Positions 1 through 12,600 of a stretch of 64,000 nt of DNA are shown in pieces. Made by a program: the position numbers and the translations under genes. Source of the stretch: Macrostomum lignano (taxonomy: Eukaryota); the NCBI GenBank assembly GCA_002269645.1, contig NIVC01000353.1, positions 186,001 through 250,000 on the forward strand, in the 5' to 3' direction. Under the pieces are notes generated by a model. The model was not told the DNA's origin, did no database searches, and saw nothing but the letters and a program-made list of their open reading frames with translations. How positions within the stretch are numbered: the stretch's first letter is position 1; each line of letters opens with the position of its first letter.

Positions 1-479
1 GACTATTTGTCTGCAAGTATTTAATAGTATGCCTAGATAATAATTGATAAATAAGATTGACCTTTTGGGGAATTGAAATGATAATTACTAATTACTACCT
101 AATTATAATTTATGCTATATAATATAATATACTATTCTTTTTTTAAAATAGAAAGAGATTTCAATAGAAAAGTTGCCTAAATAAAAGCTTATGCTTATTG
201 AGTGCAAGCAACTAATTAGGTCTAATAGTTCAACTTTTTATCTAGACTTCTTGCAAGATTTCAATGGTGAAAATATGCAACTATATTAATTTAGTGATAG
301 CTTTAAAAGAAAGCTTTTAGCCTCTTAGATTCCTCTTTCAACAACTTTTTTATTGTGATCTGTTAAGTTTTTTATTAGGCTTATATTTAAATAATTATTT
401 TTTTACATGAAAACAAAATTAGATTATCAAAGTAAACTATATGACTCTAAATACTAAGCCTATAAGCCTATAAGTCCAG

Positions 480-1695
480 ACTTGACTTCTTCATCGAGTC
501 CTCGCGTGCATCTGCTGCAAACTCATCACGTGCATCTGCTGCAAACTTGTCGTCACGTGCATCTGCTGCAAACTTGTCACATGCATCTATTGCGCACTGC
601 TCTGCAGGCAATACTGGTCAACAGTCTCCCATCTTTCAAAGCAGGAGGCTGATCGAGCTCCCTCCAATCACAGAGTGCGTGGCCCCACTTCCGCCAATGA
701 CTGTGCACTAAAATGCTCCAACTGCTGTTCGTAACCCTGAACAACCAGTCCCTGCCACAAATGGGCGATTTGCTAATGATGTGTAGCCGTACATTAATGC
801 CCTACAGAGTCACGGCATCAATGTATTCTCAACTGAGGGTCAGATCTATCTGCTGCTCCTTCTCATGAGCAAGGTGGCTAAGCTCCGTTCCCAATTGGCA
901 GATGTCCAGGGCAACAGGCGGACTGACCAGGGCGGCAATGTGTCAAGGCTGCCAATACCCGGCATTCCAATAGATAGCTTGGCTGCCTACGCTGACTTAA
1001 AGGCTCGTCTTGTTGACCCAGAATTTAAATCTGACATGGTGAGTGATACCAATTATACTTTCCAATGCCAGCATATGCCATTTGTATCTAAAGTCATGTT
1101 TTTTACTCCATCATGTTTGTCAATGTCGCTTATTATTTCACTTCCCATACATATCCAACAACAGTACTATCAGACAAGTTTTAGATTTTAATTTATCCTA
1201 AAAGATATTTTGCATTTTAGGTACGTCACTTGCGACACCTTGGAGGCTCGTCTTGTGACTGCAAGGTCACAAGAATGCTTGACGCTCTATTAACGGCGGA
1301 ATTCTAGACCATGTGCAATAGAACTGGTTGGGATTACCAAGTGAAGGGCTGACCTACTGGGGGCACAAAGGTCAGCATTTTTGAATGCATTGAGCCGTTG
1401 ATCATTGGTGAGTAGTTAGCCTTTTATAGTCCCACTAATCTACTTTATGAATGATAATTTTTCATGTATTACAATGTCGTTTTGGTAAAGTATACACTTT
1501 TAAACATAAATTTGAAAAGAAAAGACATTTGGTAGGAAAAAAGTCGTATACAGACAGTCCTTTTAAATATCTCTCTACTTTTCAGACGCAATGTCAAGTA
1601 CCCAAATGACAGACGCAGTTGTCGGGGCCCACATTGGTCAATACCTGCAAGATGCGAATCAGCGACTAGGGAGGAGGATTGAAGTTGAACAGTGA
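480..1695 (+). pseudogene. DUF4806-like spliced pseudogene, probably a transposon accessory gene; exons about 480-1038, 1221-1407, 1586-1695
   Basis: GT-AG introns keep phase. The joined peptide ...PIDSLAAYADLKARLVDPEFKSDM/VRHLRHLGGSSCDCKVTRMLDALL...IFECIEPLII/DAMSSTQMTDAVVGAHIGQYLQDANQRLGRR resembles the DUF4806 pattern. In-frame stops at 709, 784, 1305 and 1350. Confidence 0.6.
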
Positions 1696-1999
1696 CAATG
1701 ACAAAACAACACCTGCGCACTGCTTATTCCCCTCATTGGATCTGGTCCAAAATCCTTTATAGGGTCAGACCTACTTTATATGATAGCCGACATGATACCG
1801 ATACACCCTCTGACCATTGCTTCTTAAAGCCGCCATACCCAGGTACCATACTCCTCCAGTGATAGATCCTCTTCAACCACAAATCCTCATGCTCCCAAGT
1901 CCCAGATATTGCAGTTGTCATGCCCAAATTACTTTCCAATGTGATTCTTTCCACTTCAAAGATACGCGTGTTACTCCTGTTCTCAATATTAATATCCTG

Positions 2000-3245
2000 T
2001 CGGTGCGGTCCCAGGGCTGGTCTGGCCACACCCAAGGGGTGTAGTGGAGCCAGCAGCGGATGCAGCTTAACGGATTGGCAGCCTTGGCAACTGCTGGCAA
2101 CCGACTCGATGTCAGCATCCATACCTGGCCACCAGACGAAGGTTCTGGCGACACTTTTCATCTGGGACATGCCAAAATGTTCTGGGCCATGCTGAATGCG
2201 AGTTCCCCAGATCACATAGCCATTTTCCACACTTAGCTCTAGTCGACAACAAAAGTAGGGCTCAAGCCGACTCTGGCCAGCTAGTGTTTATCATCTGGAG
2301 AACATCTCAGAGCTCCTCATCTTGCTTCATTGCTGTTGCTACAACTGCCGCCATCAATGGGAACTTGCCCGTCAGCTGACAGACCCGATCATTGTTGTCC
2401 TTCATCTGCAGGGGCAAGCGAGACAGGCCGTCTGCGTTGCTGTGCTGAGCAGTCTTGTGGAACCAGATGCTGTAGCTGTACCCTGACAGCAGCAGTGCCC
2501 ATCTCTGAAGTCACCGTGCTGCAGTTGGGGAGATGCCAACCTTTGGCCCAAAAATCGTCATCAATGGCTGATGAGCCGTAATAATCGTGAAGCTCGCGAC
2601 TTTCTGATCCTTCAGCTGCCTGAGGCTCTCGTTGAAAACATCAGTGAACTCCTCTAGCATCTGGTCAAGAGGCCCCCTATTCTGCGCCGGCACCTGGCTG
2701 ATCTGGTTGGCAAACAACTGAGTCCAGTTGAGTCGCACTTTTTCCAGCCAATTCCGTCCTAGCAATGGGCAGGCTCCAGTCTGACTGGTGACCACCAGCG
2801 ACAGCTTATCATACTGTCTACCATCATAGTTGACCTTGACCTCGGCTGTTCCCTTGACTTGTATTGGCTAGCCCATCCAGGTCCGGAGTCGCAGGCGTGT
2901 TGGTGTCAGCTGAGTTTTGCCAAACTGCTTCCACACTGACTCCGGTACATGGCTGACTCAGGCACCAGTGTCCAGCTGCATGGTGAGGGGCTGGTCATTC
3001 ATCTCATCCTCTTCCATTTGCATTGCATGCGCTGGTCCATTCAATGGCCTTCCGGCTTTTGTTGTACTGGAGGCTTTCTTGGTTGAGTGGCAAACTTTCT
3101 GCAGGTGTCCAACTTTACCGCAGTTGTGGCACTTTCGAGTCCAGCGCTACCTGCTAGACTGAGCTGACCTCTGAGCTCAATTTCCACTGCGCAGTTTCCG
3201 ACTGCAATCTCCGCCGCGAGGGAAATTTTCTTGGCCGCACCCTAG
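2000..3245 (-). mobile_element. Degenerate Ty3/Gypsy (K02A2.6-like) retrotransposon fragment: gag end, protease, RNase H C-terminus, integrase zinc-binding domain; RT deleted
   Basis: Minus strand carries the CCHC knuckle CHNCGKVGHLQKVC (3090-3131), protease LDTGA (2961-2975), LLGRNWLEKVRLNW, RNase H tail TIITAHQPL..LQRWALLLSGY..HSNADGLSRLP, and H2C2 motif HFGMSQMKSVARTFVWWPGMDADIE..CQGCQ. Several stops and frameshifts. Confidence 0.9.
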
Positions 3246-3623
3246 GCTTACTAGACAAATTCCACCCCTACCACGTGGCCCCATCCCATAAGTCATGACA
3301 CATGTCATTGCACCACCTTGGTTAATTACCAATTAGAACTATGGGCTAGCTCAATAATACTAATTTAAGATTATTTAGATGCTTCTCATTGAGTTTTAGC
3401 TTTTTGCTGTTATCAAATTTGCTTTTTCTTCTTTTTCGAAGTTTTCCCCTTTTTGTGGTTCAATGTTTTCACAGTTTCTCTATAATGCTTGCTATAGCTC
3501 ATTGAGCCCTGTTATCAAAATTTAATTTTTTTGCACTTAGTTTACTAATATCACTCTTATGTTACTGTTACCAAAATAGTTTATAGCTTTTTTTACTTTT
3601 AGTTTACAGGTTACGAACTTTTC

Positions 3624-3676
3624 CTCTCCCTCTTTCTCTCTCTTGCTCTCATTCTCGTTCTCTTTCTCTCTCTCTG

Positions 3677-3722
<46 letters not shown>
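3624..3722. repeat. (CT)n microsatellite
   Basis: Direct reading of a TC/CT run. Confidence 0.95.
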
Positions 3723-3723
<1 letters not shown>

Positions 3724-6700
3724 CTATTCTTCTCTGTCTATTTCTCTCTTCTTTGTTCTCTTTTTGCCATGGTCATGTTTCATTTTGCCAGCAGAAAAAA
3801 TAATACAAATATACTTTTTTGTAATTATCTTCTGCTGTTACCTTGTGTGCAATTATATTTAAATACTAAAAATGGTTTGTCTTACATACAACCCTTTACT
3901 CATTTCAATACTTGCACAATAATTAAATTTACTGGTTTTTCTACAACTATAGCTATAGCGTACTGGTACTAATAGTATGTCTGTATGATCTGTGTGATTC
4001 TGTGCGCTTGTCTATCATTTTATACCAGAGCTTGAGTGAAGTTGAACAAATAGTACATTTACCATCTAGCAAAGAATCATTTTAAGCTATTCTACTTGTA
4101 TATGATAGTTTTTTATGGCTAAGAAAATTTTTAGCAATACATTATCTTTAGCAGATAGATTAAATTGCATTTTTGAAACACGCAAGGGCCACAAAAACTA
4201 CATGAAAATGAATATGACATCAATACAACATTGCAACATACATAGAATGTAAAAACAACGTACATACAATGTTGAAATGACATATGTACAACGTCGAAAT
4301 GATATAAATACGATGTCAAAACAATGTAATAAGGCGGGGAAAAACCACGACATCGAAACAACATCGCAAAACGACATTGTTTTGACATTGTTTTTCCCAG
4401 TGGGTACAACATAGTTTTGTAGCTTAATTAGACACAATGTAAAAATATTTAATTTGTGTTTCATTTTGTTAAAAGTAAGTTGTTCACTTTGCAACCTACC
4501 ACTATTTAGTATAATTTATGCTAGACTAGGTTTTACTTTGTTAATAATAGTATTACTTTATTCATTCATTTTTTTATTTAGGTCCTTATTTTATTTATAT
4601 TTATTTATTTTACTATATAAAAAAACTATTATAACTTTGATAGTAAATACATTATTAGGCATATAGCAATATCATTAAAAAATTAAGTAATCTATACACA
4701 TAAAAATAAAAACTGTTTGCATGTATACAAATTTGTTTGCTGTAGACTTCAAAATTGTACAACTAAAGAATACCAAAGGTGGGGTAGGTGCTAAATTTAG
4801 CACCCACCTTAAAAACACATGACTAGGCCTACAATAGCAGAGTTAAAGAGAAGGGGTATAAAGGACATGTGTCTCTATTGAGTTTATTTTTTCATTGTTT
4901 AGATAACCTATATAGATTATATTATATTATAATGTATTATCATACACATATCTTACTAATCTGTCTCCCATTCAAAATTTTCTAGATCTATGCCTATTGG
5001 ATTAAGCAAATGGTTTATATCCTTTGTACAGAAGTATATAATATATATTTCATTAATATATCATAATTTCATTAAATTTTCTTATTAGACCAAACCAAAG
5101 AAAAAGTATATTGGTATATATTTTAGAATGTGTCAAATGTTCTCATTTATTACCAAACCAAAGTGGCTATTACCAAATCTTATTACCCCCTTTTCCACAC
5201 ATCCCTGGATAGAATTTTTGTATGCATTCTACATGTATTCCTTACAAATTGATAGAAAACTTGCACAATAAATACAATATTTATAGGTTTTTTGTGCAAA
5301 AAACTTGTATGACTTTATTTGAAAATGTTGCAAATTGCACTTGTTATAATAAAACAAAATTATTGCATTTAAAAGCAAAGCTACTAAGCATGACAATAAC
5401 ATTATTTAGAAGAATACAAATTTTGTTTTTTGGTATTTATTAAAATATTATAGAAAAACCTATAAATCGCTGTTTATCAAAGTCAAGTCCAAAAAATTTG
5501 CACACAATTTACTATTCCAAAATTGTCATGAAAAGATTCTATCCTGCCATCTTAGCATATATCTAGCCTCACTTAATCAATTAAATTAATTATATAATTA
5601 TTATGTTAATTAATATAATTGAATATTATGTTCAAAATTAAAATCAAGTATATATTAAAAGTATACTACTTAGTACTTGAGTTACCTTTATATAAAGTCT
5701 TAAGACTAAGTCAAAATTAAAGTGGTCATTTTGAAGTTGAAATGTTTATATCTAACTCTAATGACAATGTCATTATAATATATTTAAGATCATGTATAAT
5801 TTCAATTTTAAATATGGTGATTTCAACTAAACCCCATGGCTGTCTCTAATATAAATTTATACAATAAAGGCAAAGCTAAATATATTTTTATATCATGATC
5901 ATATATACAGTATAGCTGTATAGTTAAGGTCAGGCGGGATCCCAATCCCGAAATCTTAGGATCCCAAGGTCCAAGGAAAATTGGATTTCTGCGAGATTGG
6001 GATCCCAACCTAAAAAAAACGGGAATTGGGTACAGATCTTTTAGTTTAAAATTTGTAGAATTTTTGATTGCTTTAATGCATTTTGTTTTAATTATACTTG
6101 TTACATTGTTATCAGTTATCAGTCAGTAGGCCTAGTTACTTTAATAGCTAATATTTTTTTTAATTTTTGTCTATGTTATGTTATATATCTTTTTTATTTG
6201 TCTATATAAACTTACAAATATACAAATTACAATATATTTTAAAGACCTGATACCAATTCCCAGATCCTGAAATTATTCCAGATCCTGATCCCATCCAATG
6301 ATTTCAATCCCTTCCAACCTCTACTGTGTATAGGGCATATACAAAATCATGTTAATAAAATCATAATCCTTCTTGATCTTTGGCTTTTATAGCTTTGTTG
6401 GCTATCCTGAAGAATCATTTGTTAAATTATATTTATTGTTTAATTGATTCTTAGACTTAGCACTTGAGGAGTCCAAAAAAGCTTACTAGGCCCCTAAATT
6501 AAGTCACATTATAATAAGCATTAGAACAGAAAAACAGCAACTTTGTTTTTCTAAGCAATATGTAATTGTCTATAGGGTTTGTTACATTGTTTGTTGCCCT
6601 GCACCTTTTTGCTACTATGCACGGACACTCCGTGAAGGATGTTGTGACTATCTGAAGTGAATTCCCTATACATCTCTACCTATAAAAGTCAAAACTCTGT

Positions 6701-9613
6701 CTGTGTGTGGACAATTTTGATCGTATATAATAAATCGATTCACAGAAATCGTGAATCCATTTGAAATATTGACTTAAAATAAAGTATGGCAACAATATGT
6801 TTATAAAGTTGTGTTTCCTTTAGTAACTAGTAATATTGAAGTACACAAAGATTTTAATGATAAATTTATTTTGTATTTTTAATATAAATAAGATACTTTG
6901 TTATGCCTATTAAATGCTTCAATGGTACGATTTAAATTAGTGTAATTACAGAATTACTTTCTACATGGCACCACCAGAACACCAAGAGAAAAATAGCGAT
7001 TTAGATATTGGATTACATGAACCATAAGACTTAATTTGTTAGCTTCAGTGCCATCCTCTCTTTTAGATTCATTAGTATCTCCGGGCCTTTTTGAGTATTG
7101 AAATACTCGGATTGAATACTTTTGTTATAGACATAAATTCATAATCCAAATTACATAGGCAGATCCACACAAGACCACATCTGATAGTATTTCCATTTAC
7201 TTAAATGCGTTTTATTAAAAATAACATATTTTATAGGCCAATTTGTTAGATAAAGTGTCCAATTTCAAACAATTAGGCCTAGGCCTAGCCACAGGTATAG
7301 ATATGGATCCAGAAAATTTTGAATAGGCCTAGGGGTGTAGATTACTGAGGTAGGCCTAGGTACATGTATATGTATATCATGTACATGTATATTTAGACGA
7401 TAATGTGTATTTTCCATATAAAAAATAATTCTTACTCAATAGAGGGTGCACACCCTGTGTGCCTCCCCCTAAATCTATCACTGATTAGAATAGCCAACTT
7501 ATTTTTTTATTTTTTGAAATGACTTGAAATTTTGAATAATTTAGACCAATAATCAAGACCAGGATGATAAGTGCCATGAGTCTTATCTTTGCAATAAGTC
7601 CTTAAACCAAAAATAGTAGGCCTAAGTTAAGACTTTTTATAGACCTAAGCCTTGTATTTTAGTTTAGGCCTATTAAAATGTATTTAAAACTTTAACTTAT
7701 CCCACACAATTTCAAGCATTGTTTCCTATATACTTTCCTGCATACTTTCCTGCTTACTTTTCTGCATGATTTCCTACATAATTTCTGGCACAATTTCCTA
7801 TATACTTTCTCCTGCATAATTGATATATACTTCATATGTACAATATACCATATATACTATATATACAACACAATTTCTTATTAATATTGTGTGACAACAT
7901 GTCCAAATTTGTGCAGATCATGCGGGAAATTTTGCCAGATAAGCTAAACATATCTATTTAAAAGGGAGTTTTTGTGGTGTTTAGGCCTTCTCTAGTTATT
8001 GTTAAAAATAACATTTGCTTGCTTTTAGTTTAGTTTTAGTGGTCCAATCTGAATTAGGGAATTTATTTAGGTACTTAGGGTTAGGACTTAACTTGATGTC
8101 ATTTCATGAAAAGTCATTTTGGTGAGAAATTTTGGCTAGAAGTCATTTTGGCAATAAATGTTTTGGCAAAAGCTTGAACAAATATTTATTAGAGTTTTTG
8201 TTATGATCTTTAAGTACCTATGGCTATATATCTGATTATAAAAATTGGTTTTCTCAATTATTAACTTTCTCTACTTAGCCTAGGTAAAAAAACAACTTTA
8301 TTCAATAAAAGACATAGGGGAAATAGCAATTTGTTCTTTTTCATTAGTATAGTGTCAAAAGGCTTTGTAAGGATTTTTTTTCATATGGGTATACATATAA
8401 ATAAATATAAGCTTATATATAAGTGTAAATTTTTTTTGTACTAATCACTTAAACTCATTGCCTAAAGTTATCACCACTTTCTAAGATGAATATTTAGATT
8501 ATTTAGAATTCAAATAAATTGACTAAATATTCAGTTTGAATTAAAATTAGAAAGTTGATAATCTAAATACCTAATAGTTGCATTGATGTGGGACAGATTT
8601 AGAATGAGTCAAGAGTTGAGTATTGATATTATAGCTAATAAGTAAAGGTATGAATTAGGGATAAATTCATTGTGTAGGGATAAAGTATTGTGGAATTAAG
8701 GGCTACAAAATTTGCATTTAAAGAGTTAAGAGTATTAGAGATTGTGGGCATGTTTCTCATAAATAAGATAAAGAATTAAGGATAAAACAACATATTGTAT
8801 TTTGAATAGGAAGAATATTTGAGCAGTCACATATTATGATCAGATTAATTCTGAGGCTTAGGAGGCTTTGGGGCTTTAGAAAAGTAAAATCAAGTTTATG
8901 GAACAGATTTATAGGTGCTGACAAACTTTAGGGATAGGGTTGGCATTTGGTCTAGGCACATTTCATTAAACAAGAAGTAAAGATACAGGCCTATTGGTTA
9001 AAGGCTAGGCCTACTAAAAGGAATAGATCTAGATATTAAATACTTAGCCTCTAACAGTGAATATAGTTAAACATTTCTATATAGGTTTAAGCATTTCAAT
9101 TCATGGCTTCACCATGTCTATATAGCAGTTTTTTTGTTAAGAAAATGGCAACAGCATAGCAATTTGCAATGAATATGGCAAGGAATTTGCTCAAAGCTGT
9201 TTGAATTGCTTAAACTTTTTGTCTTTACATCAAATTTTTATCATTATTGCTTTAAATATATTGTACTTATAAAATGAAAAATGAAAGTTACCAGCACATA
9301 TTTATAATTGCTTTGATAGCCATTTATCTGGAATGAATTCATTAAGCTATCCATTAGCACTATTGACAAGTAACTGATAAGTAATGAGGTGGGCGTATTA
9401 TTGACTAATTATTGACTATTATTGAAATATTAATGTTATTAATGAATATTAATGAATTTGAATTAGTTCAGCCATTTTTTCTAAAATCAATCACCTAGAT
9501 AGATACCCACTACTGATTTTTAGTGTATAGGATAGTTATGAAAATTTCTTTTAAGCATGACAATTGCTTGTAGGCAAATCTTGTTATATTTATTGTTAAA
9601 AAACACATTTCAG

Positions 9614-12600
9614 ATGAATGACACATGCGAAAGAATTAACACATATGGCCAAAGTAAGTCTTCATTTATTATTGGCTATGAAGGCATCCCGCAGAACCTA
9701 TTGCTAAATGCTGTTACCAGTGTGGTAAGTTATAAATTGCTTTGTCTAAAGCAGCAACAACTCTTGTTTATTAATTATGACAAAGTATAAAATTACAACT
9801 TTCTGCATCTCGTTTTTAGATTTTGATCATCATTTTCCTGATCATTCGGAAGGTGGCATGGCGGTACAGTCAGTCTGCTCTGTTGGATACATCAGAAGAA
9901 TCGTGAGTCATAATGATAAGATTTGTATTTTATGCTCTTTAGAATATTTTTAGTACTGCTATAATCTTTTCTCTAGAATTGTCCTCAGTTTTTTAAGTTA
10001 ATCTTTTGACATTCATTTTGCTTCCCAGCTACACTGATTTCAGATCCCCAGTTGCTGGGCAACCTCCCAGAGTGTCAGTTTCTGGATCAGCCTCCCAGAT
10101 CCCCAGTTGCTGGGCCAGCCTCCCAGATCCCCAGTTGCTGGGTCAGCCTCCCAGATCCCCAGTTGATGAGCCAGCCTCCCAGATCCCCAGTTGCTGGGCC
10201 AGCCTCCCAGATCCCCAGTTGCTGGGTCAGCCTCCCAGATCCCCAGTTGCTGGGCCAACCTCCCAGAGTGTCAGTTGCTGGGCCAGCCTCCCAGATCCCC
10301 AGTTGCTGGGTCAGCCTCCCAGATCCCCAGTTGCTGGGCCAACCTCCCAGAGTGTCAGTTGCTGGGCCAGCCTCCCAGATCCCTAGTTGCTGGGCCAACC
10401 TCCCAGATCCCCAGTTGATGAGCCAGCCTCCCAGATCCCCAGTTGCTGGGCCAGCCTCCCAGATCCCCAGTTGCTGGGTCAGCCTCCCAGATCCCCAGTT
10501 GCTGGGCCAACCTCCCAGAGTGTCAGTTGCTGGGCCAGCCTCCCAGATCCCCAGTTGCTGGGCCAACCTCCCAGATCCCCAGTTGATAAGCCAGCCTCCC
10601 AGATCCCCAGTTGCTGGGCCAGCCTCCCAGATCCCCAGTTGATAAGCCAGCCTCCCAGATCCCCAGTTGCTGGGCCAGCCTCCCAGATCCCCAGTTGCTG
10701 GGCAACCTCCCAAAGTGTCAGTTTCTGGGTCAGCCTCCCAGATCCCCAGTTGCTGGGCCAGCCTCCCAGATCCCCAGTTGCTGGGCCAACCTCCCAGAGT
10801 GTCAGTTTCTGGATCAGCCTCCCAGATCCCCAGTTGCTGGGCCAGCCTCCCAGATCCCCAGTTGCTGGGTCAGCCTCCCAGATCCCCAGTTGATGAGCCA
10901 GCCTCCCAGATCCCCAGTTGCTGGGCCAGCCTCCCAGATCCCCAGTTGCTGGGTCAGCCTCCCAGATCCCCAGTTGCTGGGCCAACCTCCCAGAGTGTCA
11001 GTTGCTGGGCCAGCCTCCCAGATCCCCAGTTGCTGGGTCAGCCTCCCAGATCCCCAGTTGCTGGGCCAACCTCCCAGAGTGTCAGTTGCTGGGCCAGCCT
11101 CCCAGATCCCTAGTTGCTGGGCCAACCTCCCAGATCCCCAGTTGATGAGCCAGCCTCCCAGATCCCCAGTTGCTGGGCCAGCCTCCCAGATCCCCAGTTG
11201 CTGGGTCAGCCTCCCAGATCCCCAGTTGCTGGGCCAACCTCCCAGAGTGTCAGTTGCTGGGCCAGCCTCCCAGATCCCCAGTTGCTGGGCCAACCTCCCA
11301 GATCCCCAGTTGATAAGCCAGCCTCCCAGATCCCCAGTTGCTGGGCCAGCCTCCCAGATCCCCAGTTGATAAGCCAGCCTCCCAGATCCCCAGTTGCTGG
11401 GCCAGCCTCCCAGATCCCCAGTTGCTGGGCCAACCTCCCAGACCCCCAGTTGCTGGGCCAGCCTCCCAGATCCCTAGTTGCTGGGCCAGCCTCCCAGACT
11501 CCCAGTTGCTGGGTCAGCTCGCAGGCCGTGCCTACTAGTAAAACCTATCTGTATAGTATCGGATCTGGTTTTTATTGAGCACACCGATTAAACTAAATGT
11601 CATTAACTGTCACCGTCAGGGAAGGAAGTTTCAAAAGGTGAGCTAGTATGCTGTACTAAGTCTATATGTCAGTTTTATGAAAATTAATATTTCATATTGC
11701 ATTGCATTTTATTAATAAAATTCCGCTTTAAAGTTTCGTTTTGTTATTGTTTTGTTTAATTAGTTTAAAAATACAGAATTTAATGCTGAATTTAGTGTAA
11801 AGCAACATTGCATGGCATTCTTGTCCATCTTGCTATGTTCCGATTAACATCATACTTTTTAGCTCCTGATGTTGTACATGTTTAGTTGAGAAATAAAATG
11901 ATTCCTAAAATAAGGACCCGGGCCTACTAACGATATGTAGGGTAAATAATATAAACCGTAGCAAATTGAAGTTGCATAAATCATATTGCATGATAGTAAA
12001 TAATAAAATTCATTTATCCTACGTGTGTTTTCGTTGTTTGTTTGTTTGTTTGTTCATTTTTGTTTCCATTCGCATATTGATTTGTCTGCTACCCGAAACC
12101 TGAACAAAAATTTCAGCTATTTAATTAAGAAACAGCGCAACTATAATGTGTACGTTTGCAATGTGGTGTTGGCGGTATTATTATTTATTATCTTTGAGTG
12201 TGCGCTTGCTTAACCCCGGCCAGTTGGGCGTAATTGATGAATTTAATTGTCGCCTTTATAAACCAGAATAATTGCGTCATAAATTGTGAGGCCTTATCTA
12301 TAATTTAATAATAAAAGCTTTAAACTGCAATTTTTATCATCAACTTGCACTAATTACCTAAAAAAATTAAACTAGTTTAATCTGTTTAATGGCAAAGTGG
12401 TGAGAGAAATTCGCACTAATTCTATAATTAATCCATAACTGGTGTACGTATGAGGCGTTCCTTTGTTATCACGGGAGATAAATTCGTTGGCAATTCTGTG
12501 GTCTACAATTTGTAAATTCATTTTTCTAAGTTGCTATAATTAGCACTAGACATTAAAGTATAATTCATTGTCATGTTTGCAGAAGGAGTGTGTTAATTTA

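Noticed and set aside
5935-6325. GGGATCCC-rich MITE-like sequence, similar to 51790-51870; also 10-bp inverted repeats at 51041/51561 and an 18-bp palindrome at 4787-4804
   Set aside because: Probably old MITE remnants, but ends and TSDs could not be defined.
10006-11578. Many 60-250 aa ORFs on both strands (LGQPPRSPVAGP...), and similar ORFs at 22422-23356, 24032-25215, 28634-29592, 47143-47914, 54269-54844 and 55092-56391
   Set aside because: They are translations of stop-poor tandem repeats, mostly inside introns defined by flanking exons.
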